Source: Ruminococcus albus 7 = DSM 20455
GTDB taxonomy: Bacteria; Bacillota; Clostridia; Oscillospirales; Ruminococcaceae
Direction: 5' to 3'
Length of the DNA: 32,000 nt
Assembly: GCF_000179635.2 (NCBI RefSeq)
Contig: NC_014833.1
Coordinates: 2,580,001 to 2,612,000 of the forward strand
Shown: piece after piece, positions 1 through 9,000 of the stretch
Numbering within the stretch: position 1 is the first letter of the stretch
Layout: every line of letters begins with the position of its first letter
Position numbers and translations under genes: made by a program
The notes under the pieces: generated by a model
Told to the model about the DNA's origin: nothing
Seen by the model: only the letters and a program-made list of their open reading frames with translations
Databases searched by the model: none

Positions 1-222
1 GTACTTCTCCCGCACCGTCAGCTTATCCCACTGCTTCATAGGTTCTTCCAAAGGCTTTATGTCGATAGCTTTACGCTTGCGGCACATAGTCTGCATTTTT
101 TTATCAAGCTCCGACTTCTGCTCACTCAGCTTTTCACACTCAGCCGTATCGGTCTTGATACGCTCTTTCAGCTTGCCGATCTTCTCATCGAGCTTCGTGA
201 TCTTCTTTGCGATGTCAGCCAT
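1..222 (-). CDS. hypothetical coiled-coil protein; only the N-terminal 74 aa are visible because the ORF runs off the window edge
   Basis: ATG at 222-220 is preceded by GGTGGTGA. Translation is MADIAKKITKLDEKIGKLKERIKTDTAECEKLSEQKSELDKKMQ... and stays open to position 1. It is not in the supplied track because it is edge-truncated. Confidence 0.4.
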   Translation of the reverse strand, partial: MADIAKKITKLDEKIGKLKERIKTDTAECEKLSEQKSELDKKMQTMCRKRKAIDIKPLEEPMKQWDKLTVREKY

Positions 223-364
223 ATCATCACCACCAATCGTATGGACTTCGGAAATCAATTTCCATACTCCAATTATAGCGCGCAACAATGGGCTTTGTCT
301 ACTGGTATTGCGCACGAAGTTTTGTGTGCCGGATAGGTTTTCCGTTCGACAGATTGTTATTGGG

Positions 365-403
365 AAAATCAAAAAGCTGTGGAGCGGAGTTTGCTCACAC
401 AGC
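365..403 (-). terminator. rho-independent terminator downstream of the 423-740 gene
   Basis: Stem GCTGTG (376-381) pairs with CACAGC (398-403). On the minus strand it is followed by a T-run (plus-strand A-run at 365-375). Confidence 0.45.
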
Positions 404-422
404 CTATGGGGATATTCAGTTT

Positions 423-740
423 TTAGTTTGTAAGTTTTAATACTCTTGCCTCCCAAGAAGTACGAGCAACAAGATATTCATGATTAGGATACTGTTCTAT
501 CTCATATACAGTCCAGACCCCATCTGTTGTTTTACAGACCACTTTCCATGTTTCTTTATATGGTTGTATTTCGGTATAGCTGGTTTCCTCATATACCTTA
601 CCGTCAAAGCTAAGTTTATTGCCAGTATACTCTGCTCGTCTTAGATTACTATCTCTTATTCGCAGACCTAATATAACACCTATTATGACCAGTATTATTA
701 TTGACAAGATAATTGTAACCTTCTTCTTTTTAGTCATAGT
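423..740 (-). CDS. small membrane-anchored hypothetical protein (cassette gene 1)
   Basis: Start taken at MTKKKKVTIILSIIILVIIGVILGL (N-terminal TM helix), with GGGGTG upstream. The longer ORF to 794 would run into the promoter module. Confidence 0.55.
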   Translation of the reverse strand, partial: TMTKKKKVTIILSIIILVIIGVILGLRIRDSNLRRAEYTGNKLSFDGKVYEETSYTEIQPYKETWKVVCKTTDGVWTVYEIEQYPNHEYLVARTSWEARVLKLTN

Positions 741-800
741 ACACCCCGATTTTTTGAAATGATAAATATTGGCAAGCCGTGTGCTTACTCTCACTTCTAC

Positions 801-829
801 ATTATACTACACAGCAACTGAAAAAGCAA
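801..829 (-). promoter_or_regulatory. sigma70-type promoter of cassette gene 1
   Basis: Minus strand reads TTGCTT (829-824), 17-nt spacer, TATAAT (806-801). Confidence 0.55.
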
Positions 830-1043
830 CCCCCACTTTCATCAAACTGCCGCTCAGACTGCGCAATAACTGCGCCGAACACCGGTAAAAAACTCTCAGA
901 GCCGTGCGGATAAAGAGAAAAGTCGCATAGCTCGTACATGAACTTTGTTCATGTATATCACAGCAGTAGCGTGACAGTCAGAGAACGCTTGCCCGATATA
1001 TGCAGAACGAACAGGCTGCCAAGAAAAAGAAAGGACAGCTTGA

Positions 1044-1075
1044 ATAAAAAAATACGGCAGGGAGTATCCCTACCG
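1044..1075 (-). terminator. rho-independent terminator after the GNAT gene
   Basis: Hairpin CGGCAGGGA/TCCCTACCG (1055-1075, one mismatch). On the minus strand it is followed by a T-run (plus-strand A-run at 1044-1052). Confidence 0.55.
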
Positions 1076-1118
1076 CAGTGATGTGTATAGTTGCTAAGAT
1101 GGATCAGAATTCGTCTGT

Positions 1119-1562
1119 CTACAGACTAATATGAAACAGTTGATCTTTTGTTCCATATATCGTATGAAAATCACCGATCTTTTCAAACCCATATTTTTCA
1201 TATAAGCCTTGTTCTCCACTCATGATGTAAACAGTCCGAAATCCAATGGATTTTGCATAGGATAAGATATGCTGAATCATCTTTTCCGATATTCGCTTGC
1301 CACGATGCTGTTCGTCAACAAAAACAAAACCAATAAACGGTGAATACTCATATTCTTCCGACAATTCATCTTTTTCAGAAAGTGTACAATAGCCGATTAT
1401 GTTTTCATTTTCAATGGCAGCGACTACCCGCTCCCAATCTTTAAATGCATTCACCTTCATACGCTCTGCAAGATATGATCCTGCTTTCCATGAACATGAC
1501 TGAGCAAACAAAATCGTCTTATCCCATAGGATATGTCCTTTTTGCATCATCTGAATTTCCAA
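1119..1562 (-). CDS. GNAT-family N-acetyltransferase (cassette gene 2)
   Basis: Has the acetyl-CoA motif region FVFVDEQHRGKRISEKMIQHILSYAKSIG. TTG start at 1562 lies 7 nt after GGGAGGA. Confidence 0.75.
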   Translation of the reverse strand: MEIQMMQKGHILWDKTILFAQSCSWKAGSYLAERMKVNAFKDWERVVAAIENENIIGYCTLSEKDELSEEYEYSPFIGFVFVDEQHRGKRISEKMIQHILSYAKSIGFRTVYIMSGEQGLYEKYGFEKIGDFHTIYGTKDQLFHISL

Positions 1563-1626
1563 TAATTAATCCTCCCACGAATTCCGATCTACACGAGCAA
1601 GCCGATTGCTTGCCCTTACTCTCTAC

Positions 1627-1655
1627 ATTATACCATACCGATCATGAAAAAGCAA
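1627..1655 (-). promoter_or_regulatory. sigma70-type promoter of the GNAT cassette
   Basis: Minus strand reads TTGCTT (1655-1650), 17 nt, TATAAT (1632-1627), with TGG just upstream (extended -10). The leader that follows contains the hairpin GCAAGCaatcgGCTTGC. Confidence 0.6.
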
Positions 1656-1870
1656 TTCCCACTTTCATCAAATTGCCGCCCACCCAGCATCATAACTGTG
1701 CGCCGAAGCCCGGTAAAATACTCTCAGAGCCTTGCGGAACAGAGAGAAAGTCGCATAGCTCGTACATGAACTTTGTTCATGTATATCACAGCAGAAGCGT
1801 GACAGTCAGAGGACTGTAAAACGGTACTTACAGAACGAACAAGCTGCCAAAAGAAAGAAAAATCAGCTTG

Positions 1871-1910
1871 AATAAAAACAACGGCAGGGAGCGTTTGGCA
1901 CTCCTTGCCG
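1871..1910 (-). terminator. rho-independent terminator after the 1950-2285 gene
   Basis: Hairpin CGGCAGGGAG/CTCCTTGCCG (1882-1910, one mismatch) followed by a T-run on the minus strand. Confidence 0.55.
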
Positions 1911-1949
1911 TGGTGATATGTGTAGTTACTTAGAAAAATCATAATTTAG

Positions 1950-2285
1950 CTAACCCAAGTCAAACCAATAATCCTCATATTTGTGTTCTTTATAAAATTG
2001 TATGAGAAATGGTTTCAACTGTTCATGAATACGCCACAAAACATACTCTGTATCTTCGCTACCGTTAATCTGTACCCATTCATAAATCCTGTCAAGTTCT
2101 TCAAGGACTTTCGGTATTTGTTTGATAGAAAAATAGTGACAATCTACGAATATTTGTATTTTGCATTCTTTGAGTGCCTGATTCCATACCTTATTCCAAA
2201 CTTTTTGAAATGATACTGGTACATCATCAACAAATTCGCCACTGTTATAGTCTTTTCCTTTATATATTCCTAATGTTACTGACAT
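1950..2285 (-). CDS. hypothetical small cytoplasmic protein (cassette gene 3)
   Basis: 111-aa ORF with ATG at 2285 located 7 nt after GAGGT. No motif recognised. Confidence 0.6.
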   Translation of the reverse strand: MSVTLGIYKGKDYNSGEFVDDVPVSFQKVWNKVWNQALKECKIQIFVDCHYFSIKQIPKVLEELDRIYEWVQINGSEDTEYVLWRIHEQLKPFLIQFYKEHKYEDYWFDLG

Positions 2286-2298
2286 TATATCTACCTCT

Positions 2299-2430
2299 GA
2301 ATTCCGATCTACACGAGCAAGCCGATTGCTTGCCCTTACTCTCTACATTATACCATACCGATCATGAAAAAGCAATTCCCACTTTCATCAAATAGCCGCC
2401 CAGACTGCGCAATAACTGCGCCGTACCAGT
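2299..2430. repeat. conserved inter-cassette module, copy C (promoter/leader half only)
   Basis: Identical to copy B over 95 nt, then switches to copy-A-like sequence (2401-2425). Homology is lost after about 2430. Confidence 0.8.
2347..2375 (-). promoter_or_regulatory. sigma70-type promoter of cassette gene 3
   Basis: Same TTGCTT-17-TATAAT as in copy B, offset by +720. Confidence 0.6.
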
Positions 2431-2723
2431 TTAGAATATTGACACCGATGATGATTGAGAGCATCACGCAGGAGCGTGAACGAGTATGACCACCGACCTA
2501 AGCGGCGGAGAGATTAAGTCGCATAGCTCCAAATTCGCTGACGGAGCATCGAAAGCCTGCGTGATATGCAAATCCCACAGGAAAAAATAGCAAGCATTGT
2601 ATTTTGCACCGCACACGGACGAAAATACATCTGCTTGTTGGGGACACCCCAAGCCCCGAAATGACCGCACAGCGATCAAAAAATATCGGCTTACGCCGAA
2701 ATAGAAATAAAGGAGACACTACT

Positions 2724-2897
2724 ATGGAAAATACAAAACGCAAGAGGGGCAGACCGCCCAAACGCAAGGTTATGTCCGACAGGTCAGAAACTATATCAAC
2801 GAAGAACATAACAGGCGTGAGCATGAGAAGTACAGACAGAATAAGCTCACTCAGCAGAGAAATAAAGACACTCTGGAATAAAAAACAGCAAGGATAG
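2724..2897 (+). CDS. possible small basic protein with an AT-hook-like KRKRGRPPKRK motif
   Basis: ATG lies 8 nt after AGGAG. However, the 3' end runs into the terminator hairpin of the opposing gene, and there is no other support. Confidence 0.25.
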   Translation: MENTKRKRGRPPKRKVMSDRSETISTKNITGVSMRSTDRISSLSREIKTLWNKKQQG

Positions 2898-2912
2898 CTG
2901 ATTTCCTTGCTG
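2877..2912 (-). terminator. rho-independent terminator after the 2921-3157 gene
   Basis: Perfect 9-bp stem CAGCAAGGA (2886-2894) / TCCTTGCTG (2904-2912) followed by a T-run on the minus strand. Confidence 0.6.
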
Positions 2913-2920
2913 TGGTGGTA

Positions 2921-3157
2921 TCATAATTCCTTGAATGTCTCTTTGTCATATCGTTTCACAACTTTGTGAAATGCAGAATATCGAAGCGTAAGTGTTATTG
3001 TATCTTCGCTATCTTCCCGAATAACCTGCGGTTTTCCGTTCACTATATCACAGACTTTCACAGGAGCATGATTAGTTCCAATTAGTGAAATAGTGCCGCT
3101 TCCTCTACTCTTGTAAAGATGTAATTTCTTTAGTAGCTTTTTGATATATCTATTCAT
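2921..3157 (-). CDS. hypothetical small protein (cassette gene 4)
   Basis: 78-aa ORF bracketed by its own promoter and terminator. No motif recognised. Confidence 0.5.
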   Translation of the reverse strand: MNRYIKKLLKKLHLYKSRGSGTISLIGTNHAPVKVCDIVNGKPQVIREDSEDTITLTLRYSAFHKVVKRYDKETFKEL

Positions 3158-3215
3158 GTTAACCTCACATAAATTTCGGATTTTCGTCAGAGAAAACTGA
3201 CTGCCTACATCAGTA

Positions 3216-3244
3216 ATTATACATCATCACCGCCAATTAGTCAA
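3216..3244 (-). promoter_or_regulatory. sigma70-type promoter for the 2921-3157 gene
   Basis: Minus strand reads TTGACT (3244-3239), 17 nt, TATAAT (3221-3216). Confidence 0.5.
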
Positions 3245-3278
3245 TCATAAATCACCAAAAAGAAAGGAAACAACATCT

Positions 3279-3612
3279 ATGAGCAAAATAGGTTATATCC
3301 GTGTTTCAACGGAACATCAGGAGACAGCGAGACAGCAGGAGATCATGTGCGGCTACCACGTTGACTGTGTTCGCAGCACTCTCACAGTTGGAGCGTGAAC
3401 AACTCAAACAGCGACAACGTGAGGGCATCGAAATCGCTAAGCGGAAACTTCCGGGGGACGTTTCCGGGGGCAAGTACACAGTCAGAAAGCCCACCCCGAT
3501 CGACTGGACGAGGTTCGTGAAGCTCTATGGGGAATGGAAGTCCAAGAGCATCACAGGACGTGACTTTATGCGGAGAATGGGCAGCATGAACTTGTTCATG
3601 CGGTCGGCATAA
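3279..3612 (+). pseudogene. small serine recombinase (resolvase/invertase) remnant with an internal deletion and frameshift
   Basis: Frame 0 gives MSKIGYIRVSTEHQETARQQEIM (catalytic-Ser motif) and then hits a stop. Frame +1 resumes with FAALSQLEREQLKQRQREGIEIAKRK...GRKP-like...ITGRDFMRRMG, which covers the end of the catalytic domain and the HTH. About 100 aa of the catalytic core are missing. Confidence 0.7.
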
Positions 3613-3742
3613 CTCCTTTTACCGCCGTGTCAGGGAGTATGAAGCGGAACACGGGATCGCAGAGCCGACCTCTGCTTGATATATAGCAATATAGTTTGCT
3701 GAGTATGCACATATTTCTCACAGTCTTTTTATGCAACCCTCC

Positions 3743-3826
3743 AAAGTTGTAATATATCCATTGACAACTTTGCAATTGCATGATATACTAATGTCAGAAA
3801 GTTGAAACAAAAGTGTTTACAACTTT
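3743..3826 (+). promoter_or_regulatory. promoter of the 3868-7203 operon flanked by and overlapping two AAAGTTG-N15-CAACTTT inverted repeats (candidate Rrf2 operators)
   Basis: Promoter is TTGACA (3761-3766), 17 nt, TATACT (3784-3789) with TGn upstream. IR1 spans 3743-3771 and overlaps the -35. IR2 spans 3798-3826, downstream of the predicted TSS. Confidence 0.5.
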
Positions 3827-3867
3827 ACAAAACACCATAATCATGATATAATCAGGAGGTACTTATT

Positions 3868-4497
3868 ATGAAAATTGCAGTAGTTTGTGCAAACGGCAAG
3901 GCAGGTCAGCTTATCGTAAAAGAGGCTGTAAACAGAGGGTTTGACGTTACCGCAGTTGTCAAGGGCGAGAACAAGTCCGCTGCTCAGAACGTTATCATGA
4001 AAGACCTGTTCGACCTGACCGCAGCAGACCTCACGGACTTTGATGCTGTTGTAGACGCTTTCGGCGCATGGACACCCGAGACACTTCCTCAGCACTCCAC
4101 TTCACTTGCTCACCTGTGCGATATTCTTTCAGGAACTGACACAAGACTTCTCGTTGTCGGCGGCGCAGGAAGCCTGTATGTGAACGCTGAGCATACCGCC
4201 TGTGTTTCTGACGGTGCTGATTTTCCCGAAGTGTTCAAGCCGCTGGCTTCTGCTATGGCAAAGGCGCTTGGTGAACTCCGTCAGAGAAATGACGTAAAGT
4301 GGACATACCTGAGCCCCGCAGGAGATTTTCAGGCTGACGGCGAGCGCAGCGGCAAGTACATTCTCGCAGGCGAGGAGCTGACGCTCAACTCTAAGGGCGA
4401 GAGCATTATCAGCTATGCGGATTATGCTGTTGCTATGGTGGACGAGATCGAAAAAGGCGGTCACATCGGGCAGCGTATCAGCGTGGTAAGAGAGTAA
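3868..4497 (+). CDS. NAD(P)H-binding atypical SDR / NmrA-like oxidoreductase
   Basis: N-terminus MKIAVVCANGKAGQLIVKEAVNRGFDVTAVV is a Rossmann fold. AGGAGG RBS present. Confidence 0.8.
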   Translation: MKIAVVCANGKAGQLIVKEAVNRGFDVTAVVKGENKSAAQNVIMKDLFDLTAADLTDFDAVVDAFGAWTPETLPQHSTSLAHLCDILSGTDTRLLVVGGAGSLYVNAEHTACVSDGADFPEVFKPLASAMAKALGELRQRNDVKWTYLSPAGDFQADGERSGKYILAGEELTLNSKGESIISYADYAVAMVDEIEKGGHIGQRISVVRE

Positions 4498-4514
4498 GAA
4501 AGAGATGAACATCT

Positions 4515-4952
4515 ATGCAGATAACAAGTAAATTCACAGCAGCGGTGCATATCCTTACCTGTATCGACGTTTTTGACGGACAGATGAGAGTGACCAGCGA
4601 TTTCCTGTCGGGCAGTACGGGGGTAAATGCGGTGATCGTCCGTAATGTTCTCGGACAGCTTCGCACGGCAGGTATAGTCGAAACACGTCAGGGCAGCGGC
4701 GGCGCACACCTTGCAAAAGCACTTGACGAAATAACGCTGTACGATATTTACAAGGCGGTTGACTGCGTAGACGATGAGGGTCTGTTCCACTTCCACGAAA
4801 ATCCCAATGCGGATTGTCCTGTGGGACGGAATATCCACAAGGCTATGGACGAAAGGCTTGAAGCGGCGCAGGCGGCTCTTGAAAACGAGCTGAAAAGCAC
4901 GACTCTTGCACAAGTTGTCTCTGACACACGAAAGTTAATTGACGAGGAATAA
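4515..4952 (+). CDS. Rrf2-family transcriptional regulator
   Basis: Typical Rrf2 winged-helix N-terminus: KFTAAVHILTCI...SDFLSGSTGVNAVIVRNVLGQLRTAGIVETRQGSGG. Confidence 0.85.
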   Translation: MQITSKFTAAVHILTCIDVFDGQMRVTSDFLSGSTGVNAVIVRNVLGQLRTAGIVETRQGSGGAHLAKALDEITLYDIYKAVDCVDDEGLFHFHENPNADCPVGRNIHKAMDERLEAAQAALENELKSTTLAQVVSDTRKLIDEE

Positions 4953-5002
4953 AATGAGAGTGTGCTGAAAACATCGGCACACTCTTTCCATAGGAGGACA
5001 AT

Positions 5003-5620
5003 ATGACAGCGAATGATTATCTGAGATTTATCGTGGACGTGATACACTCTACCGTTGTTGCAACGGTGGATAGCGATGGTCTGCCCGTGACCTGTGTTAT
5101 CGACATGATGTATGCAGACGAGAACGGACTGTACTTTCTCACCGCAAAGGGAAAGAACTTCTATCAACGGTTAAAGGACAAGGGCTATCTTGCACTTTCG
5201 GGAAAAAAGGGCGATGATACCATGAGCTGTACGGCGATCTCTGTCCGCGGCAAGGTCAGGGAGTTAGGCTCTGATATGCTCCCACTGCTGTTTGAGAAGA
5301 ATCCCTATATGTGTGAAATATATCCCACCGAGGAAAGCCGCAAGGCACTCACAGTATTTCAGATCCATGAGGGCAGCGGAGAGTGGTTCGACCTGTCGAA
5401 GAAGCCTATCGAGCGTGACAGCTTCACATTCGGCGGTGTCGAAAGCAAGGCGAGTGGGTATTTCGTGAACGATGATTGTATCGGTTGCGGTTCGTGCCTA
5501 AGCGCCTGTCCGCAGAGCTGTATCGAGCTGAACGGCAAAGCTGTTATCCGTCAGGAAAACTGTCTGCACTGCGGTAACTGTGCGGAAGTCTGTCCTGTGG
5601 GAGCAGTCATAAGGAGATGA
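5003..5620 (+). CDS. pyridoxamine-5'-phosphate-oxidase-like FMN-binding domain fused to a 2x[4Fe-4S] ferredoxin domain
   Basis: Split-barrel-like N-terminal part plus CIGCGSCLSACP and CLHCGNCAEVCP cluster motifs. AGGAGG RBS present. Confidence 0.75.
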   Translation: MTANDYLRFIVDVIHSTVVATVDSDGLPVTCVIDMMYADENGLYFLTAKGKNFYQRLKDKGYLALSGKKGDDTMSCTAISVRGKVRELGSDMLPLLFEKNPYMCEIYPTEESRKALTVFQIHEGSGEWFDLSKKPIERDSFTFGGVESKASGYFVNDDCIGCGSCLSACPQSCIELNGKAVIRQENCLHCGNCAEVCPVGAVIRR

Positions 5621-5624
5621 TCGT

Positions 5625-6389
5625 ATGGAGAAGCTCGACTTTCTGATAAACTATCTGCTGTCCGAGAGAGATGATTTAGGCAGGATAGAGATACCAAATA
5701 ATGATACAGATAAATTCCGCCTTTACCGCAGCCTTGTGAATATCCGCCCTGCTGTCAAGGCAGACGAGGATTATCTGCAAGCCGAGGACGAATATCTCAC
5801 AGCCTTGACCGAGAGCAAGGGCATCACGGATATTGCAGACCTAACACCCATAGAGGACGGCATTTATCTCTGGAAAGGTGATATTACCACTCTCCGATGC
5901 GGAGCGATCGTCAACGCTGCCAATTCGGGAATGACGGGGTGCTGGCAGCCGTGTCACTCTTGTATCGACAACTGTATCCACACCTTTGCAGGGGTACGGC
6001 TTCGTTACAAGTGCGGTCAGATCATGCAGGCACAAGGTCATGAAGAACCCACAGGCAAGGCGAAGATAACAAAAGCCTATAATTTACCCTGCGACTATGT
6101 GATACACACCGTCGGACCGATCGTAGACAGTATTCTTACAGATGAACATTGCCGTCTGCTTGAAAGCTCCTACAAAAGCTGTCTTGAGATAGCAGTACAG
6201 AACGGTATCGGTAGTATCGCTTTCTGCTGTATCTCAACGGGTGTATTCGGATTTCCGCAGGATAAGGCGGCAGAGATAGCAGTCCGCACCGTCAGGGAGT
6301 TTCGCAAGAGCCACGATATACAGGTGATCTTCAATGTATTCAAGGAGGACGATCATGAAATTTACAAGAGATTACTCGGCGGAAATTGA
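5625..6389 (+). CDS. macrodomain protein (ADP-ribose / protein-ADP-ribose hydrolase type)
   Basis: Motifs GDITTLRCGAIVNAANSGMTG and VIHTVGP, and GISTGVFGF-like CISTGVFGF. Confidence 0.8.
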   Translation: MEKLDFLINYLLSERDDLGRIEIPNNDTDKFRLYRSLVNIRPAVKADEDYLQAEDEYLTALTESKGITDIADLTPIEDGIYLWKGDITTLRCGAIVNAANSGMTGCWQPCHSCIDNCIHTFAGVRLRYKCGQIMQAQGHEEPTGKAKITKAYNLPCDYVIHTVGPIVDSILTDEHCRLLESSYKSCLEIAVQNGIGSIAFCCISTGVFGFPQDKAAEIAVRTVREFRKSHDIQVIFNVFKEDDHEIYKRLLGGN

Positions 6390-7203
6390 CCGTCTGAAAA
6401 AAGAAATACAGACCGCTGATGCGATCGTCATCGGTGCAGGTGCAGGTCTTTCCACCGCCGCAGGCTTTACCTATTCGGGAGAGCGTTTGCAGAAGTATTT
6501 TGCCGATTTCGTGGAGAAATACGGCTTTCGGGATATGTATTCCGGCGGTTTTTATCCCTTTGAAACGTCCGAAGAAATGTGGGCGTACTGGTCACGCTAC
6601 ATCTACATCAACCGCTACATGGACGTGGACAACGGCACATACAAGCGCTTGTTTGAGCTTGTGAAGGACAAGGACTATTTTGTTCTCACCACCAATGTTG
6701 ACCACCAATTTCAAAAGGCAGGATTTGACAAGCACCGCCTGTTCTACACGCAGGGCGATTACGGGCTTTGGCAGTGCAGTGAGCCGTGCCACCAAAAGAC
6801 CTATGACAACGAGGAAACCGTCAGGGCGATGTTTGAGCGGCAGAAGGATATGCGTGTTCCGTCAGAGCTTGTACCCCACTGTCCTGTCTGCGGAAAGCCT
6901 ATGAGCATGAACCTCAGAGCAGATGACACCTTTGTCGAGGACGATGGCTGGCACAGAGCAGCGGAGCGTTATGATGAATTCCTGCGCCGCCATGATGGAC
7001 TGCATATCCTGTTCTTAGAGCTTGGCGTAGGCATGAACACGCCTGTCATCATAAAGTATCCGTTCTGGAAGATGACCTATGCAAACCCGAAGGCTGTCTA
7101 TGCCTGCCTGAATTTCGGGGAAGCGTATGCACCAGACGAGATCAAAGAGCAGAGTATTCTTATCAATGGGGATATTCATGAGTTGCTGAATGTCTTAGCT
7201 TAA
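6355..7203 (+). CDS. Sir2-family protein, macrodomain-linked (SirTM-like)
   Basis: Start at ATG 6355, 6 nt after AAGGAGG, overlapping the macro gene end. Contains GAGAGLSTAAG, TTNVDHQF and the Zn-ribbon cysteines CSEPC...CPVC. QGD occupies the position of the canonical HG. Confidence 0.7.
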   Translation: MKFTRDYSAEIDRLKKEIQTADAIVIGAGAGLSTAAGFTYSGERLQKYFADFVEKYGFRDMYSGGFYPFETSEEMWAYWSRYIYINRYMDVDNGTYKRLFELVKDKDYFVLTTNVDHQFQKAGFDKHRLFYTQGDYGLWQCSEPCHQKTYDNEETVRAMFERQKDMRVPSELVPHCPVCGKPMSMNLRADDTFVEDDGWHRAAERYDEFLRRHDGLHILFLELGVGMNTPVIIKYPFWKMTYANPKAVYACLNFGEAYAPDEIKEQSILINGDIHELLNVLA

Positions 7204-7212
7204 ATCAATTCA

Positions 7213-7250
7213 AGCCTTGCACTCAAAAACAGAGTGCAAGGCTCATTTTA
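7213..7250 (+). terminator. rho-independent terminator of the 3868-7203 operon
   Basis: 12-bp stem AGCCTTGCACTC (7213-7224) / GAGTGCAAGGCT (7232-7243) followed by CATTTTA. Confidence 0.6.
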
Positions 7251-7277
7251 CGCCAATAGGGTTTGCTTTAATTAGTC

Positions 7278-7297
7278 GGCAGCCCACAGCGTACACC
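7278..7297. repeat. candidate left terminal inverted repeat / att arm
   Basis: The reverse complement of GGCAGCCCACAGCGTACACC matches 28381-28400 at 16 of 20 positions. Confidence 0.35.
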
Positions 7298-7308
7298 AAA
7301 ATTTTTAC

Positions 7309-9000
<1,692 letters not shown>

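Larger units (their letters stand above)
785..1095. repeat. conserved inter-cassette module, copy A (terminator + palindrome + promoter + leader)
   Basis: Aligns by eye with 1579-1935. The central part (about 880-985 vs 1711-1815) is near-identical. The 23-nt stretch CAGACTGCGCAATAACTGCGCCG is shared with copy C. Confidence 0.8.
1579..1935. repeat. conserved inter-cassette module, copy B
   Basis: 1579-1673 is identical over 95 nt to 2299-2393. The remainder aligns with copy A. Confidence 0.85.

Noticed and set aside
59-433. 124-aa plus-strand ORF at the left edge
   Set aside because: It is antisense to a better-supported minus-strand gene that has an RBS. It is Ser/Phe/Ile-rich and low-complexity, and it runs across a terminator.
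1445-2824. Track ORFs spanning the repeat modules (1445-1819, 1724-1942, 1983-2213, 2174-2395, 2464-2679, 2498-2824, and the N-terminal part of 2604-2897)
   Set aside because: They cross promoter, leader and terminator modules or lie antisense to cassette genes. The reading frames are not preserved between repeat copies (copy A has stops), and none has a convincing RBS.
423-3250. Integron / attC cassette array
   Set aside because: There is no IntI-type tyrosine recombinase nearby and I could not find R''/R' (RYYYAAC / GTTRRRY) core sites. Each cassette also carries its own promoter, unlike integron cassettes.
3824-3852. Second promoter-like match TTTACA-17-TATAAT just upstream of 3868
   Set aside because: The predicted TSS would fall within or after the AGGAGG RBS (3854-3859), leaving no usable leader. 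The 3761-3789 promoter is preferred.
4129-5167. Minus-strand ORFs antisense to the NmrA-like, Rrf2 and PNPOx genes (4129-4512, 4461-4913, 4478-4666, 4748-5167)
   Set aside because: They are antisense shadows of well-supported plus-strand genes with recognisable domains, and none has an RBS.
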